Shown here: positions 12,141 to 24,670 of the stretch, in pieces
How positions within the stretch are numbered: position 1 is the stretch's first letter
Layout: the number at the start of each line of letters is the position of its first letter
NCBI RefSeq assembly: GCF_009914755.1
Contig: NC_060925.1
DNA: 64,000 nucleotides
Origin: the human T2T-CHM13v2.0 reference genome, Homo sapiens
Direction: 5' to 3' (one strand)
The notes under the pieces: model-generated
The model's database searches: none
Seen by the model: the letters and a program-made list of their open reading frames with translations, nothing else
Told to the model about the DNA's origin: nothing
Translations under genes and position numbers: made by a program

Positions 12141-12945
12141 ATTCATTTACTCATTCAAAAAATACTTGTTGAGTGCCCACCCTAGGCCATATCCCCCTGA
12201 GGACATAGAAGTGAACAAAGCTGACAACGTCCCTGCCCCCATGGAGCTGGCATTCTAGGTAAGGATCATTTCATACACAAATTAATAAACAACTCTAATA
12301 ATGGATGGTAAAGATAGATGTGATGAAGAGCACTAAAGAAGGTGAGTTTGTAGAACATAGTGATGGTGCTTTCAGGTTGGGGTATTAGAAAAGCGGTCTT
12401 TGATATAGGGACATAGGGACAGAGACTGAAATGAAATGAAGGGTGGGCCATACCAATACCTGGGGGCAAAGAAACAGAGGAAGAGGGAAAAGGTCTTCAC
12501 ATCTGAGGTGGCACATTTGAAGACGAATAAGGGAATCAGTAGCTCAGAGTGAACAAGAAGAAAAGTGGTAGGTGGAAGCCAGACCATGATAGTCTTGTAG
12601 GGCCAGCACAGCACTTTGGGTTCCAAGCACAATATGGAGACCACAGGAGGTTGAGAAGGGGAGTGACATGATCTGAGTTAATTTGAAATTATTACTTTGA
12701 CTGCTCTGGAGAGAACCAACTGCAGGTTGACAAGGGTGAATGAATAGAGACCTAGGAGGCTGCTGAAAAGGTCCCAGGAGGCAAGACGCTAGCTTGAATG
12801 AGAGTAGATGGGATGTGAAGAGGGAAGAATCAGAATATATTCTAATGATAGAGTTGGCAGGATTTACTGTCAGATAAATATACGATGTGAAAGAAACATA
12901 GGAGTAGAGAATAATTACCAAGACTTGGGTCTGAGCTGCTACTGC
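12141..12945 (-). mobile_element. L2a LINE
   Basis: attcatttactcattcaaaaaatacttgttgagtgcccac...ccctgcccccatggagctggcattctag...gagtgacatgatctga. Confidence 0.85.
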
Positions 12946-13338
12946 CTGGGACTTATCAGCAGAGAGTCGGTATCCACAGCCCTGGGACTGGCTGAGGCCC
13001 CTGGAGAGCCTAGAAAAGAGAAGTGTAGCTAGAAAAGAGAAGAAGCTGGGGGGTTGCTTCACAAGAGTCTGAGGAGGTGAGTAAGATCATGCCCGCCTTA
13101 TAGATTAAGAAAAGTAGCCTCAGAGAAGCAGGATGCTTCTTTTCAGCCACTGTGCCTCTATTAGAGCCCTTACCATGATGGGCTGCAATCCCTGTATAGA
13201 TCTGCTCCCTAAGAGAGGAAGAGCTATTCAAGGACAACAAGTATGCTGCACACAGCTTTTTATTTCTAGCATCTAGCACTTGATAATAAAAGTAGTTACT
13301 GTACATATGAAAAGTTCACATATAAAAAGTGATGATTG

Positions 13339-13650
<312 letters not shown>

Positions 13651-14264
13651 TTAAAAGTAATGATTATACCTCTAACAGAAGGGTCTCAATGGGGATGTGT
13701 TCAACAGATGGCTGGACCTATGGGGATGTGAATGATACACTCAGGGTCGGAAATTATTAGCACCTAGAACAGAGCCTGGCACATATAAGATGCTCAATAA
13801 GTACACTTTCACTGATTAAAAGGATGCTGCCATGATGATCATGACCTGTGCAGATATCTGATGAGATCCCCACTCAGCTGAAACCCAAGCATCTTTGGAA
13901 AGTGTTCATTGTATCACTAGTGGTGTCTCTCAGAAATGAGATGATGCAATGAAGGGCTTTGTTCAAGCCAAAGAAGTTGGTAAGAGTATAGAAGAAGTGA
14001 GACACCTGGAAGTAAAGTAACTATGTGATACAGTAGTTTGAAATAATGTGAGAGAAACAAAAAAGGCAAGTGGGCATTGTTAGACAAGGAAAAACTCACT
14101 TCTCAAAGTGCTGAGAAAAAAGTGCTAGATTGATTTTTAATATGGCAAAAGAAGATTAACCATCAAAAGTGAAAGGAAGTAATCTCTGAATGACTAAATG
14201 ACACTGGCATCTGGAGAAGATTCTGAAAACAATATACATGTATGAAGAGTAATAGAGTAAGCAG

Positions 14265-14495
14265 AGATGATGGTAATGATGATGGTGATGATGGGGATGG
14301 GGATGATAGCTAAGACTTACAAAGAGCTTTCTGTGTGCCAGACCCTGTTGTAGATACTTTACATGTAATAACTCATTTTATCCTTGTAACAACTCTATGA
14401 GACAGGTACTATTATTACCTCTATTTTATAGATGATGAATCTGAGCTATAGACATTAAGCAATTTGTCAATGGTCACACAGTTAGAAAGTTGCCA
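14265..14495 (-). mobile_element. MIR SINE with (GAT)n-expanded tail
   Basis: tgtgccagaccctgttg...aacaactctatgagacaggtactattattacctctattttatagatgatgaatctgag. Confidence 0.85.
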
Positions 14496-14689
14496 CGAGT
14501 GGAAAATATAAGATGGACGTAGGCAGGAGTTATCCATTCAACCATCTACTATTTACTAAGTACTAGCTGTGCATCAGGTACTATGTTAGAGGTTAGGCTT
14601 AGGTTTTATAGAGAAATGTTTAAGATGTGACAAAGTTAAGATTGTAGTCAAAATATAAGTATTTTTAAAGTATTGCAGTTTTATCAGTA

Positions 14690-14930
14690 TGGAATCATAG
14701 AATGTTCATACAAAAAAAAAAAAAGAAAAAAGAAAAAAAAAAGACCTTAGAAGTAATCTGGTCCAAGGTTCTTATTTTTAAAATTTAAAAAGAAAGAAAA
14801 AAAAAAAACAAAACAAAGCCCTGAAGCCTAGAGAGGGGAAGTGACTCACTCACTGACACACAGCTAATAGTGAGAGAACAAGATCAAGATCCTGAGTCTA
14901 TTAACTCTTAATTATGTCACTTTTCAAAAA
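14690..14930 (-). mobile_element. MIR3/MIRc-like SINE with internal A tracts
   Basis: gaatcatagaatgtt...gaccttagaagtaatctggtcca...ctagagaggggaagtgact. Confidence 0.6.
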
Positions 14931-16199
14931 CCAGGCAGGCCACACAAAATATACTGTGTTACTCAGGAGTTGAATGGGTTCCTTCTGTGGAAGTGTCAAG
15001 ATCTACCACTGTCTCACCCATTCGATTCTAGTTGACAATTATGTCATTTGGAAGGGTATTTTTTTTAGAATCTAAGAGAACCTTAGTAATTATCTGTTCA
15101 CCTCCTTATTTAAACTATTGGGAGATTATGGCTCCATATGATAAAATAGCATGCCCTAACTTTCTTGGTAGGTTAAAGAATGTCCATTACCATCATGAAT
15201 TCAACACCTTCCTCCCTTAATGGCAGGGAAAAGACAACTGTTTGTACAGATGAATGCCACACCACTTTTCTTAGAGCCAGCTTATTGCAAAGTAAGGCAC
15301 CCATATGTAGTATTGTTCTTAGTCTGCTCTGTGATTTCCCTGAACTCTGTGATGTAGATAGATGATAATTAGTACTCAGATTTAACAGAAAAAAAAAGCC
15401 ATTATCATTGATATTAATAACAGACACAGAACTCCACCTCCTAACTCTGCCAGGCCAGGTGCTTGTTAGGGGGTGGCTGAGGGAGCCAGCACAGTCAGCA
15501 AGCAGGGAAACATCCCCCACCAAAGTTCTGGCTGACAACTGACTGTCTGAATTCATTTCAAACTCTCTCTCTTTGCTTCCAGCAACTCCTTCAAATTGGG
15601 CTCCCTGAGGTAAGAAGTCAGTGAGACAATGGCCAAAAGGCATTCTAGATGGGCTGAGATTTTACCTGATTACAAAGAAACTGAAGTTGGGGAAACAGTT
15701 CAGTCCACTAACCTGAGGGGTACTTAGTCACATGGGCAACTCTTAAGGGAAATCCCACTCTCTGACATTCAAGAGCTGCGATTCCAAGTATGGAATGCAG
15801 ACTTGCCATTGGTCAGAACCCTGTGCCCGGAGCATCCCAGCCTCTCCTCTTGCTAAGAACCTATTTTTCCATCAGGCACTTCTGCAGGGGGTTGTCGTTT
15901 GAGTCCTGAAGGAGAAAGCTATGGCCTGTATAAACAAAAGCATGAGAACAGAACTTCCCTAAGCAGCCGAGATGGCTTTTCTGGTCTGTACCTTTCAGCT
16001 GGGGCTACAAAACCTAAACCTATTTCCTAACCTAGACCCCAAATTATTTGTCTCCATCAATCTGCCTGCTGACTTGTTTCTCATCTCCCTGCCTCTTGAC
16101 CTTTTGCATTTACTTCCTATTAGTGATTCGTATTTGCTGCTCAGACCAAACATTTGGAACCTTTCCTCTTGTTTGGGCTCCGTATCCCTCTGACTATAT

Positions 16200-16470
16200 G
16201 TTATTATTATTGCTCTTATTAATTATTTTTAAATATATATCTTATATTGTAGATAGTCTATGTGCCAGATGCCGTAATAGGCACTTTATATTCACTGAAA
16301 CCCCCCATATTTTCAACAACCTTGCAAAAATAAATCATAATATGCTCATCTTACAGATGAAAAGGCTGAGGCTTAACAATTCCTCAGAGCTAGAAAGTGG
16401 TAGACCAGGAGGACTTGAACCTATCTTTACTTCACTTCAAAATCTGAGAACTTTGCACAATGCTGTCTAA
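16200..16470 (-). mobile_element. MIR SINE
   Basis: ctatgtgccagatgc...catcttacagatgaaaaggctgaggctt. Confidence 0.75.
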
Positions 16471-16799
16471 TTCTCATTCATCCTTTGGCTCGTTCTACCC
16501 TTAATTTTTCCAGACTAACTAGTTTAACTACATTCCCTGAAACATTTTCATCTTTCCTGATAATGGGCTCTCTTGGTATCTGAGATGGAATATATTTCCT
16601 GAAATCAACAGAGAGATTGAAGGGAAAAAATAAGCGAGTGAGGAACACATGGACTTCAATGTATCTCAAATATCTCTTGCACCACTGTGAATACCAGGAC
16701 TATACCTGGATGAAGGTAAAAGCTACTATTAGACAAAGACCTCTAATAAACCTCTCAGTTTTGCTAACTTCCTCTCAAGTGAAAATACTATCGGCAATA

Positions 16800-17280
16800 G
16801 ACTTAGGTCACTTCTTGCATTTGTGTTCTGATCTTCAGAGCTTTTTCATATCCCTAATTTCATGTGGGCTCCTGAACAACACTTATTATTGTCCCCATGG
16901 TATAGATGAGGAAAATAAACCAAAGAGAGGTTAAGAGACCTCCTTAAGGACACAGTGAATTACTAATACAGGATATGGGTAACTGGATCCTGGTCTTTTG
17001 GATGCTTGGGTTTGTGTATTTCACGAATGTAACACATAGAAAAAAAATTGTATTTTCAAGGGAACTAACATATGTTGAATGCCTACTTAGTATGAAAGAT
17101 TATCCTTTCCATCATATATTACATTTGAGACACTCATATGAAGTAAGTGCTATTACTGTTCTCCATTTCCTGGGTTAGGAAACTGATGCTCAGAGAGTTA
17201 TGTAACTTGCTCAAGATCACGGTAGTCACTGAGAGTCAGGACTGCATAAGAGTGTGCCTGACTCCAAAGCCATTCTCTTA
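16800..17280 (-). mobile_element. Two tandem MIR SINEs
   Basis: ccccatggtatagatgaggaaaataaacc and aggaaactgatgctcagagagttatgtaacttgctcaagatcac. Confidence 0.75.
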
Positions 17281-17383
17281 AGGCTCCCTCATGGCATGCT
17301 TTTAGTCTCCATTGTGTCCAAGATGCTTAAGGAATTCCACACAGTGTTTGGAACACAAGGATGAATCCTGATGGCTCCCGCTG

Positions 17384-17396
17384 GTTGCTAGGTAAC
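17384..17396. promoter_or_regulatory. RFX-family X-box
   Basis: GTTGCTAGGTAAC (reverse complement GTTACCTAGCAAC) fits the palindromic RFX consensus; in non-repeat DNA with retained CpGs on both sides. Confidence 0.55.
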
Positions 17397-18079
17397 GTCT
17401 GTTTGGTACAATCTGGTTCACATCATAATGGTTCTTTTGCCAACAGGAGCTGGTAATCAGGATGGCAGTGAGGCAGGCACTTGCTTGCAGAAGAACAGGC
17501 CTAGTTTTTTAAGAAGCCACAAAAGTGTCTTTGGATGATTAGGATCTAAGGGGCCAACAGCTTTGCAATAACAGCATAAATATTGTGGGCTGGATGGACA
17601 GGCACCAAATGGGGACATTCCATCCTGCTGTGTGATGAGAAAGCTGCCACTTTTGAGGCCTTCCAAAACAAATCAACACTCCATATGCCAGAAGGAAAAG
17701 CCCAGGAAAGACCTATTCCAACTGGAGATGGTGAATGTCATTTCTTCAAGAAGCTGAGATCCAGCTGGTACTGCCAGGTGGAGAGTGAGTTGGGTAGCTG
17801 ACCTCGGGCATGGCAGCCTTGGTTTTTGGCCACTTCATGGGGTGACCTGTTGAGCAAACAGCAGTGGAATTCTGCAGCTGTGGACCAAGATGTAAATACT
17901 CGTTCCCACTGACTCAGAGACATGCTACAGCCGAGGGTGGGGGAGGCAAGAGAATATAGGGACACAGGTGTTGGAGAAAAGTTTGTTTCAGCAGCACTCG
18001 CCCATAGCTATGAGTAAGCAGGGGCTCACTGGCCACAGAGCACCTGGGCTGTAAGCATGGACTTTACTCAGACGGACCT

Positions 18080-18413
18080 TGTCTTAGTTTATGGTACTTT
18101 CTTGCTTGCTATAACAAAGTACCATAAACTGGATGGCTTACATACAAGAGAAATATATTTCTTACAGTTCAGGAGGCTGGAAGCCTGAGATCAGGGTGCC
18201 AGCATGGTCAGATTCTGATGAGGGCCCTCTTCTGGGTTACAGATTGCAGCTAGTTGTCTAGCCTCTTCTTACAAGGGTGCTAATCCCAGTCATGAGGGCT
18301 CCACCCTCATGACCTAATTACCTGGCAAAGGCCCTGCCTCTAAATACCATCACACTGGGAATAAGATTTCAACATATGAATTCTACAAGGACAGAAACTT
18401 TCAGTCCATTGCC
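18080..18413 (-). mobile_element. MaLR solo LTR (MLT1A/MLT1A0) inserted in a + strand MIR (about 18040-18580)
   Basis: tgtcttagt...gctataacaaagtaccataaactggatggctta...catgagggctccaccctcatgacctaattacc; 5-bp TSD-like gacct/aacct. Confidence 0.9.
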
Positions 18414-18769
18414 AACCTGCATTCAAGGCCCTCCTTTTCCATGCCATGTACTATTAGGGAAGCTACCTAACACCTCTGAACTCATTTTTCTAATCTATTA
18501 AATAGAACTAATATTTACCTCTATCTCAAAGGGTCATTATGATTAAATAATAGAATAGTTTTTAAGTGCTTCACACAATATTATATCATCAATAATTACT
18601 AGTATTATATATAACATAGTATATATGTATATTTTATAATATGTATTATAAATACTATAATATATAATATGTATTAAATATGAAGATATGCTATTGTCAT
18701 TATTATCTCCTACCAAGAACCAAACCATTTTCAGGAATAGGAGAGACATGAGAAGTCCAGTATTTCTCT

Positions 18770-19000
18770 GAAGGTAGCAATAATCTCTTCTATAACCTGC
18801 TCACATGGTTATGCTTTCTCTGCTTAAATGCTCCTTGTGATGGGAAGTTCAGCAACTTCTATGGGTGCCCATTTTATTTCATTAATTGACTACAATGGAA
18901 AATAATTCACTAAATTCAAACAATCTGAATCTTTAAGATTTCTACCCTTTGGTCTCACTTCTGTTCCCTAAGATTACAGAATAAAATCAAGCTATTACTT
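18770..19000 (-). mobile_element. L3/CR1 LINE fragment
   Basis: ctctgcttaaatgctccttgtgatgggaagttcagcaacttc...ttctaccctttggtc. Confidence 0.55.
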
Positions 19001-19062
19001 ACTGAAATCTTACTATATGCTAAGCACGGGTCTGGGTAATTTATTCACTATTATTCATTCTG

Positions 19063-19210
19063 ACAACAGCCTCATGAAATAGATAGTATTATCTTGATTT
19101 TGCACATTGGTAAATTGAGGAAACAAAGTCACCTTTCACAACAACTTCATGAAATAGACAATATTATCTTGATTTTGCAGATTGGTAAATTGAGGAAACA
19201 GTCACCTTTC
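19063..19210. repeat. Tandem duplication (75 + 73 bp) inside an antisense MIR
   Basis: acaacagcctcatgaaatagatagtattatcttgattttgcacattggtaaattgaggaaacaaagtcacctttc repeated with few differences. Confidence 0.95.
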
Positions 19211-19359
19211 ATGTGCTTGGCTATGAAGTATTTAAAGTTAGAGCTTTTCTCATCATTGAACTGAAATTACATAACGTTTTCAATGTTAAAGATTGCTGTG
19301 TTCTTGTTTCTAGGAATACGAAGGGAGAATGAAACAAAACTGCTCCGCTTAGGGAACTT

Positions 19360-20315
19360 GGAAAGGAAATTGAAAAGGCAAGGCACAGGCTGGAAGAAAA
19401 TATTTGAAAAAGATTTATGTGAACTTCTTTCTGGATTATACAAAATATTTTTAGATATTCTTACAACTCTAAAATAAGATAACTCCTTAAAAATCTAAAT
19501 TCTACCAAAGGAGAGATAAAGATGACGAATACATTCAAAGATGCTGAAAATCACTTATTTATTATTAGGAAGTTACAAGCTAAAGCATAATGAGATACCA
19601 CTACAACCTACTAAACTGACTAAAATTAATCAGACTAACCAGGTGTTGGCAAGAAACAGGGACACTGAGACTCTCACACTGCTGGAAGGAATGTAAAATG
19701 CTAAAACTTCTTTGGAAATGAGTTCAGTAACTTTTTAAACAGTTGAAAATAGACCTATCATGCAAACCAGCAATCCCACTTCCAGGTATTTATACAAGGA
19801 AAATGACAACATATGCCCACATAAAGACTTGTGCACAAATGACCGTAGCAGCTTTGTGATAATTGCTAAAAACTAGAAACTTGTCAAGTGTCCAACAGGT
19901 GAGTGGACAAACTCACTATAGTATATCCATACAATTAAGTACTAAATAGCAATAAAAAGGAACTATTAATACATTTGACAATATGGATGTAAATTATAAT
20001 GCTATGCTGAGATAAAGAACCCAAAGATTTTATACATATGATTCAATTTCTATAAACCGTTAGAAAATGAAAACTAACTGGAGTGGTAGAAAGTAAACCA
20101 GTGGTCGCCTGGGTATGGGGGAGGTGTGTATGGGGGATGTGTAAGGGGGGTTAGATTATAAAGGAACATAAGAAAACTTTGGGCTATGATGGATATATTT
20201 ATGATTTTAAATGTAGTGATGGTTTCACAGGTGTATACCTGTATCAAATCTCATCAAATTATATACTTCAAACATATACAGTTTATTATACATCAAATAC
20301 GCCAATAGAACTTAA
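19360..20315 (+). mobile_element. L1MD/L1MC-type LINE 3' portion
   Basis: aatgagataccactac...ccagcaatcccacttccaggtattta...gtgatggtttcacaggtgtatac...catcaaattatatacttcaaa. Confidence 0.85.
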
Positions 20316-20729
20316 AAGTCTTGGTGGAAAAGTGATCATATAACAAGATGGCCCTGTAGTCCAGTCAAGTTTACTGAGTGATAATTCTCATCTGTAGGCT
20401 TTGACAACTTGGGTGGTGTGAAAGTGTGTGTGTTCTAGTGTTGGTAATGAATGCCACAAGGAATGGCTGGGCACTGAGGCCAGGGCCCACCACCCAATCT
20501 GGGAAGGCTACGGATCTCATGTCTCAGGAACAGAGGTGTTATGGAAATGTATTAGAAACAAGAGATCTTGGAGGTGGAGTGGGTAGCATTTAAAGAGGAG
20601 AAAAAGAATAAAATTTGCACATAAGCTTTGGATTGATGAATGATCCTCTAGGGCATCACCAAAGAAAAAGAAACAACAAGAACTGAAGTTAATATAGGGC
20701 CTGGAACATAGCTCACATGTGATACAATC

Positions 20730-21110
20730 ATCATTTATTCCTTTATTCATTCATCAAATGTGTATTGGGCTCCCAATTTATGCCAGAGACTATTCTAGAT
20801 GCCAGAGATACAGCTCTGAACAAGAGATAAAATCCCTGCTGTCAAAGTGCTCCCATTCTAGTGGAATGAGATAGGACATTAATACATACATGAAAACTCT
20901 ATAATATCAGGAGGTGATGTGTGCTAGGACGAAAAAGGAGAGCAGAGTAAGGAGTGGGTGGCAAGGCAGGGGCCTATTTGACATTGTCTGTGAAGGCCCT
21001 CTGAAGAGCAATTTGAGTAGGAACCTGAGTGAACCAAGCATGTGTCATGTGGATGTTGGGGAAGATGACTCCCTTCTGGAGAAGAAACACAAGGCCTGTT
21101 AGGGAATTGG
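20730..21110 (-). mobile_element. L2a LINE 3' fragment
   Basis: ttcattcatcaaatgtgtattgggctcc...tatgccagagactattctagatgc. Confidence 0.8.
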
Positions 21111-21149
21111 GGGTAATGGTAGGAGTCTAAAGTAAGTCTTTCCATAATG

Positions 21150-21400
21150 GTGTAGTGATAACAATAACATAACTTCTTCCTCTTATTAAAACTTCTCTAT
21201 GTACCATGATCTTGACTATGAGCTTTAATGCTTAGAGCAACTCCATAAGATAAGAGCTAGTGTCATTCTCATTTTATAGCTAAGGAAATAGAGACAAACT
21301 ACATAAGTTGCTGAAAAATCACAGCAAATAATTAGCTGAGGAAGAGACTCAAATCTATCAGAACTGCTTGACTTTTGATCCTGAGCTTATGCGCATCCAG
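21150..21400 (-). mobile_element. MIR SINE
   Basis: caactccataagataag...cattctcattttatagctaaggaaatagag. Confidence 0.65.
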
Positions 21401-21511
21401 TGGGCAAGTGAGGGTGCATGGGTTTGTGAAGACTCCAGCAGTATGATTGGGGGTAAGTTACTTAACCTCACAGTTATGTGTACTGTATCTAATTTCTTAT
21501 TTTTTAAAAAA

Positions 21512-21703
21512 ATTTATTTATTTATTTATTTATTTATTTAATTATTTATTTATTTATATTATAGACACAGGGTCTCCCTATGTTGCCCAGGCTGGTATCG
21601 AACTCTGTTGCCCAGGCTGGTATTGAACTCCTGCGCTCAAGTGATCCTCCTGCCTCAGCCTCCCAAAATGCTGGGATTACAGGTGTGAACCACTCTACCC
21701 AGC
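21512..21703 (-). mobile_element. Alu left monomer (FLAM_C-like) with (TTTA)n tail and an internal 25-bp tandem duplication
   Basis: tgttgcccaggctggtatcgaactc duplicated at 21581-21630; ctcaagtgatcctcctgcctcagcctcccaaa. Confidence 0.9.
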
Positions 21704-21790
21704 CCCTCCTTGCTCATTCGTAATGAAACAACGCTTTGTAAACCGTGAAAGTGCTATATAAAGATATCTTTAAAATACCAAAGAAGTCCC

Positions 21791-22240
21791 TGTAATTAGA
21801 TATTCTAATGCTAGCTACTGTAACAAATAAACCTCAGTATGACAGTGGCTTACTCCTGTAGAAGTTTACTTCTTGTTTGCAAATAAATCCCGTACACTTG
21901 GAGGTGTGTGCCAAATGGTGATTCAGGGAACCAGGCAGGCTTCTTTCATCTTGTGGCTTGGTCATCACCTAGGGGCTCACAGATGTCTCCTTCCAGGGAG
22001 TAGAAATGTAAAAAGAAACCAGAAAAGGCATATCTGCCTCTTCAAAACCTCAGCCTTGGAACAATACATGTCACTTCCATTCACATTTCTTGGCAATAAA
22101 TAATCATGTGCATGCACTTGGGAAACAAGAGAGGAGCTAGAAAAGGCAGTCCTTGTTGAGACAGCTGCCCCTAGGGACAACTGCACTTTATAGAATGAAG
22201 ACCACAACTTTTTGGTGGATAATTAGCTATTTCTGGCATA
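21791..22240 (-). mobile_element. MaLR LTR (MLT1J/K-like)
   Basis: gctactgtaacaaataaacc...agtggctta...gattcagggaaccaggc...catgtcacttccattcacatt...tggtggataattagc. Confidence 0.75.
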
Positions 22241-22674
22241 GCCCCTCCCTCTCTTGCTTAAGGTCCATATGATGAAATTTAACACAGCCCACTGGGCCCT
22301 AAATATGTTGGTCTCCCTGAGCCACACACCCAACTTCAAATCATGCCATTCTTGGTGTCAATACTCCAGCAACACTGGCCTTTATGTCTCAAACATGGTC
22401 TCAAACAGGTTCACTGGGCATGATAAACTCTCCCACCTCTTCATTATTGGCTCTCTCCTCTTCCCCCAAGGCTGCACTTGTCCTTCCTGTTCTAAATGCT
22501 CATCATCACCTCACTATCCCCATCTGCTCGCGGCCGTGCTCTCAGGAAATCTCAACACATTTGTAATTATTTGTTCAGTATTTTAAAAGCACAAGCTAGA
22601 GTTAGACTGCGTGGATTCAAAGCATAGATCTACTACCTACTGGCTGTATCAACTTGGCCAGGTTATTTAAACTC

Positions 22675-22970
22675 TCTTATTCTTTATGAGCTGCTACAAC
22701 AAAATGCCATATACTGGGTGGGTTGTAAACAGCAGAATATTTTTTATAATTCTGGGGTCTGGGAAATCCAAAATTAAGGCGCCAGCAGATTTGGTGTTTC
22801 ATGATAGCTAGCTTTCTGATTCAAAGATGGTGCCTTCCAGCTGTGTCCTCACATGGTGGAGGGAGCCAGCTAGATCCCTGTGGTCTCTTTCATAGGGGCA
22901 CTGATCCCATTCATGAGAGCAGAGGATTTCAACATATGAATTTTGTGGGGACACAAACTTTTCTTGCCAC
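22675..22970 (-). mobile_element. MLT1A-like LTR (internally deleted) within a + strand MIR (22590-23060)
   Basis: ctgctacaacaaaatgccatatactgggtgg...tctgggaaatccaaaattaaggcgccagcagatttggtgt...tttcaacatatgaattttg. Confidence 0.8.
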
Positions 22971-23066
22971 TATTTCTTCATTTATAAAATGCAGATAATT
23001 ATGACTCATTCTTCATTGATGATGAAGACTAAATGCAATAACGTATACAAAATAATTAGTATAGTA

Positions 23067-23116
23067 TTAGCTGTACATTAATGCCAAAAACCACAATTAC
23101 TTTTGCACCAACCTAA
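23067..23116. mobile_element. MADE1 (Hsmar1 MITE), partially deleted
   Basis: aatgccaaaaaccacaattacttttgcaccaacctaa is the Hsmar1/MADE1 terminal inverted repeat, followed by TA. Confidence 0.85.
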
Positions 23117-23379
23117 TAGCAGCTGTCACTGTTGTTACTGTTACCGCTCCTCTTCACAGGTACAGGGTGAACTCCGAGACCATCTCTCCTATTCATTTAC
23201 ATCCTCAGAACTTAGCACGATGTCTGACCATAGTGGATTTTCAATAAGTAACTATGGGGTAAATTAATGCTCTCCATTTCTTCTTGTGTGGTGGGTTTTC
23301 CTAAAGGCCATGTATCTGTAGTTTGTCATTCTTTGAGTGCTGGTTCATGTTCTTCTATGGAGACAGAATTTCAGTACAG

Positions 23380-23590
23380 CACCTTAGTGAAGAGTACAAT
23401 TCTAGAGCAGGACTGAGGGTCTCAGCATAGTGTTTTCCAGCTATCTAACCCAGAGGAAGTTATTTTTCTTCTTGACACCTCAGTTTCCCTGACTGTAAAT
23501 GGGGATGATTCGGGCATGCCTTACAGAGCTCTTATGAGGGCAGCACAGTGTCTGCACAGAGGAAGCACTCCACAAATGACAGGTATTATT
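23380..23590 (+). mobile_element. MIR SINE
   Basis: cctcagtttccctgactgtaaatggggatga. Confidence 0.7.
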
Positions 23591-24449
23591 TTTAAGATTA
23601 GTTTTGAAGGCTTTCTTTTAATAGCAGAAAATGAGCACAGGATTGTGTTTAACATGCTGTGCCCTTCCTTCTTTCCCTTGAATGGACTTTAAAGTCATCG
23701 TATTTATGAACTCCCTGGGCTGAATGTCCCCTTGAAAGAAGGTAGCTGAGAGCAGGTGAAAGCTCCTGGGCCAAGTTTATTTGAGGTCATGAAATAGCAC
23801 TGGACATGGTCACTACCTTTTTCCTCTTGGGCTCTCTCAGCCTTTGCCTTTCTGTTGGATGTCAGGTGGAGGCATGGGGGCACCAATGCAGGAATCACCA
23901 CACCTACTCAGAAAGAAGGCATTTACCAAATTGCAAAGGAACACATCCTGCCTGCAGACAATAAATGGTGTGTGATGCTTCCATGAAGTGAGATGGATGG
24001 AGCTCTCCGTTGCTAACTGGCCCATAACCACGGTCATTAATCACACACGGCACGCCCATTGCCAGTAATGGACTTCACCCCGGAAAACTCCAACTCGTGG
24101 TGCCAATGGGTTAAAGGGAAGGCCTCGCCTCTTAGGGAAATATGGGTCTCCCTTTGGGATTAACCCTGGCGTTTGCCACCCCTCATTCACTGAAAAGCCC
24201 TTTTAATTGATTTTTCTTCCTATTCCCTCCAATCTGTCAAGAACTCACTTGCCAGCCTCTGCCTGGACCCAGAGACATTGCCTGAACTGTATGAATTGCT
24301 AAGAAGCTGCTAGTCTGCAAGGAATTTCCCTTTTCTTCTTCCCTTAATAGACAAAAAAGTAACTAAACTGCAACAGCAGAGCCTCATTTTTTTGCCACAA
24401 CCCACATCTCTGAAGCTAGATCTGGGTAGGAAAACAACCTGACATCATC

Positions 24450-24670
24450 ATCTACAATTTTCTGAGTGCTTGCTTTGTGCTAGGTGTGGCCACGTTGCCT
24501 CTCCACAATTAATCTGAATAATTCCAGGGCTCTCCATTTTTCTAGATAAAGACACGGAGGTTCAGAGAGGTTAAGTGAATGGCTTGCCCAAGTTTGCACA
24601 GCTAAGGACAGAAGTGATAGTCAAACAAGCACACCAGATTGCAAATCCAGTGCCCTTTCTGTGATGCTGC
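24450..24670 (-). mobile_element. MIR SINE
   Basis: ggaggttcagagaggttaagtgaatggcttgcccaagtttgcacagcta. Confidence 0.75.

Noticed and set aside
12544-13062. 172-aa minus-strand ORF
   Set aside because: Lies within a decayed L2; low-complexity S/L/F composition and no recognisable domain.
15173-15643. 156-aa minus-strand ORF in largely unique DNA
   Set aside because: No recognisable domain or convincing splice structure; consistent with a chance ORF.
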